From the IMG/VR virus record IMGVR_UViG_3300048588_000114, positions 1-15,308 of that record: DNA of 15,308 bases; one strand, given 5' to 3'. Under the pieces are notes generated by a model, which was not told where the DNA came from, did no database searches, and worked only from the letters and a program-made list of their open reading frames with translations. Positions 7,138 to 14,940 of this stretch are shown piece after piece; the stretch's first letter is position 1; each line of letters begins with the position of its first letter. Source of the stretch: a virus. Taxonomy: Duplodnaviria; Heunggongvirae; Uroviricota; Caudoviricetes. The translations under genes were made by a program, and so were the position numbers.

Positions 7138-8517
7138 ATGTCAAATCTAAGAGACAAGTACAAGGCTACCTCAACCAAAGCGTTGAAGGGGCAAATACAA
7201 GATGAAGATTCTCTTGTAGGCTCAGGAGACCGGGCGGGCTACCTCTCCATTGAGGAAGGAGCCAATAAATTCAGGATTTTCCCCGCTCATAATCCCGAAA
7301 CTGGTTCATTTTATGTGCTCGTATTGAAGCACTGGATCACCATTGAAGGTGATGATGGTAAGGAGAAACGCTCAACTGTCTTTAACGCTAAACAACATGG
7401 TGGTTTAAAGAAAGACCCTTTTGAAGAATATGTGAAGGGTGCTTCCGCTTGGCTTAACGCCAATGAAGATGATGACGCTGCTGGTAAAATCTCCACTATG
7501 ACTGATTGGAAGACAGGCCTCACAGCATCAGCATCGTGGTTGCTTTATGCTAATAAGGTGAAAACCAAGGATGGCGTAGTGAGCAAAGAGTTCGGAATGC
7601 TGGAATTTAACAAAACAACCCGTGATGGCTTGAATAAAATCGCTACTTTTGAAGAAGAAGACGAGGCAATTCAGGTTGATCCATTCACCGACCCTGATGA
7701 AGGCTTCCCCGTTACTATAACCTATACAGCGAAAGCTAAGAAAGCTGCTGATAAGTATTCGGTTACTATTGGAACTAAGCCAAAAGCAATGCCGTTAACC
7801 GATGAAGAATTAGAAGAATTCGACAGTGCGAAACCCCTTGATCAATTAAATCGTAATTATACCGTAGATGATCTAAAGAAAGCTATCGAAGGCATCCAGT
7901 TCTTTGATGCGAAGTATGAGATTGGCTACTGTGAGAGCGATGAGTGGCAAGAAAAGGTTGATGAACTTACTGATATGGTCAGCAAAGGGAAAGCTAAGCC
8001 AGCCGCCAAGCCAGCGGCTCCAGCTAAGAAGGCCGTTGCTCCTTCAAAACCTGTCGCTAAAGCTAAGCCCGCTCCTGTAGAGGAGGAGGAAGCTGAAGAG
8101 GAGGCAGAGGAAGAAGAGGAGGAGAAACCTAAAGCCCCGGCTAAGAAAGCAAAAGGTGATCAATTTGACGGAATGGATCGTGATGAGTTAACTCAGTTCT
8201 GGGGTGACGAAGACCTAAAGCCTACTGGAGATGCAATGGGTGTGAAACTTCTCAAGTCAGATGATGAGACAGAAAGAAGGAAGAAGGTACGGCAGGTGTA
8301 TAATGCCAAATTAGCCGCTGCCGAGGAAGAGGAAACAGAAGAGGTAGCTGAAGAAGAGGAGGAAGAGGAAGCGCCTAAGAAACCTGTAGCCAAAGCCGCT
8401 CCAGCCAAGAAACCAGCAGCTAAGCCTGTTGCTGAGGAGGCCGAAGAGGAAGAGGAGGCAGAGGAAGAACTTAGCCTTAAAGCCATTAAAGACAAGATTA
8501 AGGCAGGCAAAAAATAA
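7138..8517 (+). CDS. Single-stranded DNA-binding protein, T4 gp32-like, with long Ala/Lys/Pro and poly-Glu C-terminal region
   Basis: The N-terminal ~280 aa contain YLSIEEGANKFRIFP, FYVLVLKHWI, DPFEEYV, WLLYAN and DPFTDPDEGFPVTIT, resembling gp32-like phage SSBs. It has an acidic low-complexity tail, a strongly A-rich leader, and lies within a recombination module. Confidence 0.68.
   Translation: MSNLRDKYKATSTKALKGQIQDEDSLVGSGDRAGYLSIEEGANKFRIFPAHNPETGSFYVLVLKHWITIEGDDGKEKRSTVFNAKQHGGLKKDPFEEYVKGASAWLNANEDDDAAGKISTMTDWKTGLTASASWLLYANKVKTKDGVVSKEFGMLEFNKTTRDGLNKIATFEEEDEAIQVDPFTDPDEGFPVTITYTAKAKKAADKYSVTIGTKPKAMPLTDEELEEFDSAKPLDQLNRNYTVDDLKKAIEGIQFFDAKYEIGYCESDEWQEKVDELTDMVSKGKAKPAAKPAAPAKKAVAPSKPVAKAKPAPVEEEEAEEEAEEEEEEKPKAPAKKAKGDQFDGMDRDELTQFWGDEDLKPTGDAMGVKLLKSDDETERRKKVRQVYNAKLAAAEEEETEEVAEEEEEEEAPKKPVAKAAPAKKPAAKPVAEEAEEEEEAEEELSLKAIKDKIKAGKK
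8095..8469 (+). repeat. Low-complexity purine-rich (GAA/GAG) repeats in the SSB tail, including a perfect 21-nt direct repeat GAAGAGGAGGCAGAGGAAGAA at 8095-8115 and 8449-8469
   Basis: Read directly from the sequence. Both copies encode EEEAEEE. A third Glu-rich tract lies at about 8320-8370. Confidence 0.75.
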
Positions 8518-8544
8518 TAATCATTGTTTAACCCACTTAAATGA

Positions 8545-8574
8545 AAGCCCGCCACACGGCGGGCTTCTTTCTTT
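8545..8574 (+). terminator. Rho-independent terminator after the SSB gene
   Basis: Perfect 9-bp stem AAGCCCGCC (8545-8553), ACAC loop, GGCGGGCTT (8558-8566), followed by the T-rich tail CTTTCTTT. Confidence 0.8.
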
Positions 8575-8577
8575 ACT

Positions 8578-9675
8578 ATGAATATAACAGACAAATTGAT
8601 CGAAAAGTTTGATAACACTAAGGTGTTCAAATTTGAAAAGCTAGACCCATTTAGTGAGGAGAGCAGTTGGATACCAACATATAGTCCTTCTTTAGATTTA
8701 AGACTAAAGACACTTGGACTACCAGGCGGTATCATAGAAGTTCGTGGTGATTCTCAAGCTGGGAAGACTACATTCTCTCTAATGTCAATGAGAGGCTGCT
8801 TAGAAACATATGGTGAAAGGGCTGTAGTTATTGTACTTTCATCAGAACGCCGGGATAATAAGCCCTACGCTGAGAAGCTAGGGGTGGATGTCTCAAAGGT
8901 TTTGATCATTCGTATAAAGACTATTGAGGATGTCTTCAACAAGACAAAGCAGACAGTTGATATGGTTAAAAAGATGATAGCCGATGGCGAAATCAAGATG
9001 GAGGGAAAGCCGAAGTTTTTCTTTACTTGGGATTCTTTAGGGAATACAGTGTCTCGACAGGAGAAAGAGACCATGGAGATACGCTCAAAGGTAGTCGAAG
9101 TCAAAACAAAAGAAGATGAGAAAAATGAGACTAAGTCCGCAGCTATGGCCTCTGCAGCAAGGGCAATTTCTTTAGGATTTCGTTCTATCATCGCTCTTAG
9201 TGATGATATAGATATCACATTCCTTTTTATCAATCGCTCATATGAGAATATAGAGGGACATGGTAAAACCTCAGCTGGAGGCACTGCTGTTACCTATTAT
9301 CCCTGCATGAGGATAGAATTGAGCCGCAAAGAAGGCATTAAATTCACTCAGGACGGAGAAGAAATGGGTCAAATCACTTTAGTTAATGCCTTTAAGACGG
9401 ATTTTAGCCGCCCTAAGCAGAAGTTTGCTATTGAAATTGGATATGGCTACGGGTTTGTACTAACAGAAGATGACCTTCAGATTGGTTTTGATGCTGGAAT
9501 TTTAGAGAAATACGGCAATGGAGCTAAGTTTATGAAAGGTAAACTCCAATGGAAGTCACGCCGGGAGCTATATAAACTCTATGAGGAGAATAATCCATTT
9601 ATCAAAGTGCTTACAAAAAAGCTAATAAAATTAGCTCATGCGAAGGTATTAGAAGAGCGACAAGCCCAAAGTTAA
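8578..9675 (+). CDS. recA: RecA/UvsX-family recombinase
   Basis: IPTYSPSLD..L..GLPGGIIEVRG, Walker A GDSQAGKT, catalytic Glu in VLSSE, Walker B FFTWDSLG, FLFINRSYE and AGGTAVTYYPCMRIEL (compare RecA TGGNALKFYASVRLDI). Confidence 0.92.
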   Translation: MNITDKLIEKFDNTKVFKFEKLDPFSEESSWIPTYSPSLDLRLKTLGLPGGIIEVRGDSQAGKTTFSLMSMRGCLETYGERAVVIVLSSERRDNKPYAEKLGVDVSKVLIIRIKTIEDVFNKTKQTVDMVKKMIADGEIKMEGKPKFFFTWDSLGNTVSRQEKETMEIRSKVVEVKTKEDEKNETKSAAMASAARAISLGFRSIIALSDDIDITFLFINRSYENIEGHGKTSAGGTAVTYYPCMRIELSRKEGIKFTQDGEEMGQITLVNAFKTDFSRPKQKFAIEIGYGYGFVLTEDDLQIGFDAGILEKYGNGAKFMKGKLQWKSRRELYKLYEENNPFIKVLTKKLIKLAHAKVLEERQAQS

Positions 9676-9682
9676 TTAGTAT

Positions 9683-10729
9683 ATGTTAGCCATTGCGACA
9701 GATATACACGTTGATAAAGACAATATTCCAGAGGTTGACAAGTCTCTGGAATTTTTGTTACTATACCTCGTGGAGAAAGAAATTAATACACTAATCTTAT
9801 TAGGGGATTTATTCACCGATAGGACAGGTCAGACATTAGAGACACTACTCTTTTGGAAGAGAAAATTGCGAAAGTTTAGCGATAATGGAATTGAAACACA
9901 CATAATTCCTGGAAACCACGATAAGACAGACCTTGAGAGTGAGGATAGTTATGTTTCCCTATTTGAAGACATCCCAGGCATACACGTATATCCTGCTGGA
10001 GGGATTATAGTGAAAGAGAATTATATCTATGCTCTCCTGCCTTATTTTAAAGAAACTGGGAGTTATATTAGCCGCTTAAAAGCACTCTGTAAAGAGGTTG
10101 AGAAAGCCATTAACAAGCATAAGCCAGAAATGGTCTATCTTGGAACACATATTGCTGTTGATCAGGTTAGGAATAATGATGGTAGCTTAGTAGAAAACAA
10201 CATTAAACCCTCATTATTTAAGCTATTCACTAGGATTCATATAGGTCATTACCACAATGAGCAAGACATTGATGAGTACCTCAGCTATATAGGTTCTCTA
10301 CAACCGAAGGATTTTGGTGAGAATAATGAGAAAGGATTCTTAGTAATAAACAGCGATTTCGAGGAAATAAGAGTTAAGCCTAACTTCAAAAAGTACATTA
10401 AAATCACGCTTGATTTGGATGATGCAAGCCGTGAGCATATTGCGAAGATGCGTGAGAAGTATGCTAACTCTATACATAATGTGCGCTTCATATTTAAAGG
10501 AACTGTAGAGCAATTAGAGACGGTAGATAAAAAGTGGTTTAATGAGGTGGGTATTGATGTTAAAAAGAACTCTAAATCCCTATTAAAATCTATAAAAGCG
10601 GCTTCCGAAGGTGAGATAGCCTCCTTCACAAAACAGACTATTACTAAAAACTTCATGGAGTTCTGTAAGCAGAATAGCATTGAAGGCAGGAGAATCCCTA
10701 AAGGTTTCAAATATATAAAAGCATTATAA
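9683..10729 (+). CDS. sbcD: SbcD/Mre11-like metallophosphoesterase nuclease (T4 gp47 analogue)
   Basis: All five phosphoesterase motifs are present: ATDIH, LLGDLF, IPGNHD, GTH and IGHYH, plus YIGS. Adjacent to the SbcC-like gene. Confidence 0.9.
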   Translation: MLAIATDIHVDKDNIPEVDKSLEFLLLYLVEKEINTLILLGDLFTDRTGQTLETLLFWKRKLRKFSDNGIETHIIPGNHDKTDLESEDSYVSLFEDIPGIHVYPAGGIIVKENYIYALLPYFKETGSYISRLKALCKEVEKAINKHKPEMVYLGTHIAVDQVRNNDGSLVENNIKPSLFKLFTRIHIGHYHNEQDIDEYLSYIGSLQPKDFGENNEKGFLVINSDFEEIRVKPNFKKYIKITLDLDDASREHIAKMREKYANSIHNVRFIFKGTVEQLETVDKKWFNEVGIDVKKNSKSLLKSIKAASEGEIASFTKQTITKNFMEFCKQNSIEGRRIPKGFKYIKAL

Positions 10730-10730
10730 C

Positions 10731-12677
10731 ATGTGGTACTTAGATAAATTTAGAGCAGAAGGCTTTATGTCCTATAAGGAACTAGAGTATGACTTCAATA
10801 AAGGAGCCACTACGCTAATTTATGGAGTTAATCACGATGAGTTGGGCGCTGATTCTAATGGTGCTGGTAAGTCTGCGATAGTCAAAGGCATAACGATAGC
10901 CCTTGTTGATTTACCGGACAAGAATCTAACGAAAGATGAGTATATCAATGACTTCGTCAATGTTTCGAAACTCCAATTAGACTTAGTCAATCCGGTGCAT
11001 AACAAGACCTTATCAGTTGTTAGGATTTTCAAGCGTAGTAAAGATAATCAAGCTATCCTATTTGAAGATGGTGTGCAGCAAGAAAAGCTAACATCTGTAG
11101 GAGAAGTGAATAAAAGAATACTTGCTCTGTTAGATATATCAAAGGAAGATATTCTTAATTACTATATAATCAATCAGGATAACAGTAATTCATTCTTTGA
11201 AGCCACGGATGCATCCCAGAAAGCCACTATTACCCGATTTGTTAATGCAGACCTTGTAGATAAGGCCATAACAGCCGTACAAACTGATATTGATACTAAG
11301 AATAAACAGATTGATAAGGTGAAAGCCGCTATAGCTACTAACGATACTAAGATTGAAGTTATAACCAAGCAAATTGATTATGAGCGCAATGAAAGGTCTA
11401 AGGATTTAGAGGAAGAGAAGACAAAGTATCAACAAAAAGTCCTATCTTTACAGGATAAAATCACTAATTCAAAGACTGAAGCTAATAAATATGCTAATGA
11501 GTTAACAAAACTGGAGGGGCAATTAGTAGGTTTAGAGGAATCATTAGATGAAACCTCAACAGCAGAGGCTAAAGAGAGCCTAACAAAGAATAAGAAAAAG
11601 CAAGCTGATTTTGACTTATCATTAGGAGAGCTAAGGAAACCTATTGCTGAGATAAATAGGATAATGGCTGGGGAGACTAAATGTCCTAAATGTGGATGGA
11701 CTTGGGTGGAAGATGGAGATGGCAGAACCCTAAAGGAGCTAAATGATCAGAAGGAAGAGTTTGAAAGACTTATTCAGCAAATTCAAGAGGCGTCAAAGAA
11801 GACAGAAAAACGCATTGCTAAGCTACGAGAAGCCATTAGCCAGTCAAATACCCAGCAGGAGGAATTGGAAGCATTACGGGCAGAAATTTCAAGGAATAAA
11901 AGGAAGTTTTCGGCCACGAAGCAATCGGTAGAGGACTATAACACCGAAATCAAGCTATATCGCAAGAAGATTGATGAAATGACTAATTCTGCGAATTCGA
12001 CAGTTAGAATCACTAATCTTGAGGCCGAAATTACCCAAATATCACAAGATACCGAAGAACTACAGGATGCTCTAAAAGTACTAAATGATGAGAAGAATGA
12101 TTTGACGTTCTGGAACATCAACTTAGGTATAAAGGGCTTTAAGACCTTTTTAGTCAACAAAACACTCTTGAGCGTAGAGGGCTATGTAAACCTGTTCCTA
12201 TCTAAGTTTAAAGTTGACCTCATCGTGAAGATTCAAGGTTTTAAGACCCTAAAGACAGGTGAGATTAGGGAGAATATAGCTGTATCTATAAGCCGGGATG
12301 GGGGAGACACTTGGAAACCCTTTAAGCGCCACTCAGGTGGTCAACGCCGAAGAATAGATGTATGTGGTATTCTAACTGTACAGGCCTTCATAAATAACAC
12401 ATCTAAGTATGGTGGGCTTGATCTACTAGTGTTAGATGAGTTTTTTGAAGGTTTAGACACCAAGGGCCAACAGGGAGTGTTAAAGATTTTAGTGAGAACA
12501 GGCGTCACAACGCTTGTTATAAGTCATAACAACAATGATATAGGCGCTGAGAATCAAATCTGGGTGAATTACAAAGACAAAACATCCACACTATCCTATG
12601 AAAAAGGCAAATTTAGAGAAGATAAACAAAGCCAAAGCCCTAGCCTCAGCAAGAAAAAAAGCCTCTCAAAAGTCTGA
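10731..12677 (+). CDS. sbcC: SbcC/Rad50-like SMC-family ATPase (T4 gp46 analogue)
   Basis: FRAEGFMSY, Walker A NGAGKS, Q-loop IINQ, coiled coils with a central zinc hook C318-P-K-C321, signature SGGQ, Walker B/D-loop LLVLDEFFEGLD and H-loop ISHN. Confidence 0.92.
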   Translation: MWYLDKFRAEGFMSYKELEYDFNKGATTLIYGVNHDELGADSNGAGKSAIVKGITIALVDLPDKNLTKDEYINDFVNVSKLQLDLVNPVHNKTLSVVRIFKRSKDNQAILFEDGVQQEKLTSVGEVNKRILALLDISKEDILNYYIINQDNSNSFFEATDASQKATITRFVNADLVDKAITAVQTDIDTKNKQIDKVKAAIATNDTKIEVITKQIDYERNERSKDLEEEKTKYQQKVLSLQDKITNSKTEANKYANELTKLEGQLVGLEESLDETSTAEAKESLTKNKKKQADFDLSLGELRKPIAEINRIMAGETKCPKCGWTWVEDGDGRTLKELNDQKEEFERLIQQIQEASKKTEKRIAKLREAISQSNTQQEELEALRAEISRNKRKFSATKQSVEDYNTEIKLYRKKIDEMTNSANSTVRITNLEAEITQISQDTEELQDALKVLNDEKNDLTFWNINLGIKGFKTFLVNKTLLSVEGYVNLFLSKFKVDLIVKIQGFKTLKTGEIRENIAVSISRDGGDTWKPFKRHSGGQRRRIDVCGILTVQAFINNTSKYGGLDLLVLDEFFEGLDTKGQQGVLKILVRTGVTTLVISHNNNDIGAENQIWVNYKDKTSTLSYEKGKFREDKQSQSPSLSKKKSLSKV

Positions 12678-13128
12678 TTATTCAATTCTATCTATTGATC
12701 CAGCAACAAAATGCGGCGTAGCCTATCAACGCCCTAACAAACCGTGGGCGGTAGAGTTATGGGACTTGACCCGTAAAGCAAATGAGAGTGACGGACTCAA
12801 GTGGATGCGCTTTCGGGCTAAGATTAAAGAACTTTGCTCCAAGTATCAAATTCAATTAATAGTGTATGAACGCCCAGCAGGACAGCATATGGGAGCCGTC
12901 ATACATCACGCTAAGCTGGCCGCTGTTATTGAAGAGACCGCTGCACAGCTTGAAATTGAATGTAAAGCCTATTCTGCTGGAGAGATAAAAAACATGGCTA
13001 CCGGGAAAGGGAATGCTACTAAGCCGATGATGATCAAGGCTGCTCAAGATCGCTTAGGTTACACAGGCAATGACGACAATGAGGCCGATGCCCTGTGGCT
13101 GCTACAAAAGGCCAAATCAGAGTTATAA
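12598..13128 (+). CDS. ruvC: RuvC-like Holliday junction resolvase
   Basis: ILSIDPA (D7-like), IVYE (E66-like), EIKNMATGKGNATKPMM (compare RuvC VKQTVVGIGSAEKSQV) and DDNEADAL (D138/D141-like). The basic N-terminus overlaps sbcC by 80 nt, so the start is uncertain. Confidence 0.85.
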   Translation: MKKANLEKINKAKALASARKKASQKSDYSILSIDPATKCGVAYQRPNKPWAVELWDLTRKANESDGLKWMRFRAKIKELCSKYQIQLIVYERPAGQHMGAVIHHAKLAAVIEETAAQLEIECKAYSAGEIKNMATGKGNATKPMMIKAAQDRLGYTGNDDNEADALWLLQKAKSEL

Positions 13129-13154
13129 TCAATCTAATTATTCTAAGACGTATA

Positions 13155-13448
13155 ATGGCGAATACTTGCAATTTTTGGTGTATGGATTGTACCTGTGGTG
13201 CCTCTGGAAAAGAAAGGAATTTCCAGATAGATAAGCCAGAAGGTAAGGAAAATGAACGCACACCTTGTCCTGAAAATCCTAAAGTAAAATTGAAATTGAT
13301 GGGAATGAAAACATTCGGAGGCAAGACAATGTCTAAGGATGAGCGCATTGCTAGTCTAAAGAAACGGTCAAAAGATCATCACAAAAGAGAGATTGAAGAA
13401 GTTAAACGGGCTAAAATCAAGCGTTTCGACGAAACAGGATACAACTAG
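13155..13448 (+). CDS. Small Cys-rich protein, possible FmdB-like zinc ribbon with basic/charged C-terminus
   Basis: The in-frame ATG at 13155 avoids overlap with ruvC and is preferred over the ORF-track start at 13095. The protein starts MANTCNFWCMDCTC...TPCP, followed by a highly charged helical tail. Confidence 0.5.
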   Translation: MANTCNFWCMDCTCGASGKERNFQIDKPEGKENERTPCPENPKVKLKLMGMKTFGGKTMSKDERIASLKKRSKDHHKREIEEVKRAKIKRFDETGYN

Positions 13449-13451
13449 CCT

Positions 13452-14108
13452 ATGATAACTATGACCTATAACTACTTTGCCCGGTGCAAGGTGATCTATT
13501 CTAATAAAGAGGTCATTAAATGCCTGTACATCATAAAAAAATCAACTAATGCGAGAGCAGTAGATGAAGCTAAGATTAGGCTATTACAGCAACTCAATCA
13601 AATCATAACGAAGAATATAGATAACTTCTTCAATATGATAAAGAAAGATGAGAAGGAGCCTATTCATACTAAGGATGACATGGTAGGAGAGTGCTATATC
13701 ATACTACAGAACTGTATTCTCAAGTTTGATATGAAGAAAAACAAGTATTTTTTCTGGTATTACAACAAGGCTCTCACTCGTGCGCTAATACGAATTAGGG
13801 AAAAGATGTATTTGAAGCATTATGCTGTAGATACATTGCCTGATTATGAGAACGCCAATGACTACTATTTCGTGTCTATGGCTAATCAGGAGCAGGGGTT
13901 GGTTGACTATTACTTAGAGAATTATGGGCTTGATAAGCAAGAGAGGCGAATAGTTAAATCCCTAATAAACGGTCAAAAACTTAGGAACTTCTTAGAGAAG
14001 AATAAAGACATAAGTTGGAACAAATACTACGCCCTGACTGCTTCAATTAAAAAGAAATTAGAACCGCTCAAGGAAGAGCTAAAAACCTATACTGATGTTA
14101 AAATCTAA
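13452..14108 (+). CDS. Phage RNA polymerase sigma factor (sigma-70 family, regions 2 and 4-like)
   Basis: DDMVGECYIILQNCILKFDMKKNKYFFWYYNKALTRAL resembles region 2 (DL.QEG.IGL..A..KFD..RG..FSTY). LDKQERRIVKSLING...ISWNKY...IKKKL resembles region 4. Confidence 0.68.
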   Translation: MITMTYNYFARCKVIYSNKEVIKCLYIIKKSTNARAVDEAKIRLLQQLNQIITKNIDNFFNMIKKDEKEPIHTKDDMVGECYIILQNCILKFDMKKNKYFFWYYNKALTRALIRIREKMYLKHYAVDTLPDYENANDYYFVSMANQEQGLVDYYLENYGLDKQERRIVKSLINGQKLRNFLEKNKDISWNKYYALTASIKKKLEPLKEELKTYTDVKI

Positions 14109-14400
14109 CTTTCCAATCATAGAGATATTAGTCTTCGAGGGCTTTCATATCGCTACAGTAACTAAATCTACAGGTGAAATTCAATATTGGTCTGTTAAGC
14201 AGTTCGATGTAAACACCTCCGGGTCTGAGCCTGTTGAGTTCATCCAGTTTTATGGCGTGAATATCACGGAGTTTGTCGAAAGGTCAATTAATACTAACGT
14301 TAAGGAAATCGTGGCTCAATTTGAGAAATGGATAGAGCCACACCCAGTACTTATTGTTAAATTACCTAAGTTTGCAGAATGGCAGCATTATACGATGTAG
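14095..14400 (+). CDS. Hypothetical protein
   Basis: 101-aa ORF, co-oriented and tightly overlapping both neighbours. No recognisable motif. Confidence 0.65.
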   Translation: MLKSNFPIIEILVFEGFHIATVTKSTGEIQYWSVKQFDVNTSGSEPVEFIQFYGVNITEFVERSINTNVKEIVAQFEKWIEPHPVLIVKLPKFAEWQHYTM

Positions 14401-14651
14401 AGAAAGACAAGCACCTCATTCATAAAGAGGTTCGTCAAAGAATTATCACACAGCGCCCAGAGTTACTACATAAACTCACCAGTAAAAAGTTCGCTGAATC
14501 ACTATTAATCCTACGGGGGTTTCTGTCCTGTTTCAATATAATGGCAGAAGAGCCATTGAGAGAACAGGAAATCAAGGATTTATTACTGACTGAGTTAGTA
14601 AAATACATCTGTGATGAAGAATCAAAACCTCAAGTCTATCAAGCAAATTAG
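14379..14651 (+). CDS. Hypothetical protein
   Basis: 90-aa ORF filling the gap between neighbours. Predicted helical, with no recognisable motif. Confidence 0.6.
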   Translation: MAALYDVEKDKHLIHKEVRQRIITQRPELLHKLTSKKFAESLLILRGFLSCFNIMAEEPLREQEIKDLLLTELVKYICDEESKPQVYQAN

Positions 14652-14940
14652 GGAAATCCTAAAGTTTCTCAACGAAACCTTTCCTGATCATAAATATCCT
14701 AAGTTTCGGGCGTATCTTAGCCCGGATGATGATTTCCGTTGGTGGAATATTGTAACCGATGATTGGTTTCTCTATATGGGAAGTCCAACTGGTGGGAATA
14801 TAGATGATCATGAGGATTTTAAGCTATGTAAAGAAGCTATTCGCACTAAGTTTAAGAACCTCAACATGGTATTTGCCTATCAGTACTATGTATCAGGAAG
14901 CATTAAATTAAAGGCACCCGGTCACATTTTAGTAAAATGA
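14611..14940 (+). CDS. Hypothetical protein (possible paralog of the next gene)
   Basis: 109-aa ORF. Its stop overlaps the next start (ATGA at 14937-14940). Confidence 0.65.
   Translation: MMKNQNLKSIKQIREILKFLNETFPDHKYPKFRAYLSPDDDFRWWNIVTDDWFLYMGSPTGGNIDDHEDFKLCKEAIRTKFKNLNMVFAYQYYVSGSIKLKAPGHILVK

Noticed and set aside
8080-8470. CRISPR-like or tandem DNA repeat array in the SSB 3' region
   Set aside because: The repeats are in-frame low-complexity Glu codons without regular spacers or palindromic repeats.
8193-8735. 180-aa antisense ORF spanning the SSB tail, terminator and recA start
   Set aside because: The poly-Ser/Ala content is simply the reverse complement of the GAA/GAG/GCT repeats, which lack stop codons. 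There is no independent evidence of coding.
13095-13154. ORF-track start at 13095 for the Cys-rich protein
   Set aside because: It overlaps the ruvC 3' end and adds an implausible hydrophobic leader. The ATG at 13155 fits better.
13124-13156. Two TATAAT hexamers (13124-13129, 13151-13156) as sigma-70 -10 boxes
   Set aside because: No convincing -35 lies at the proper spacing, the second hexamer overlaps the start codon, and such hexamers are expected by chance in AT-rich DNA.
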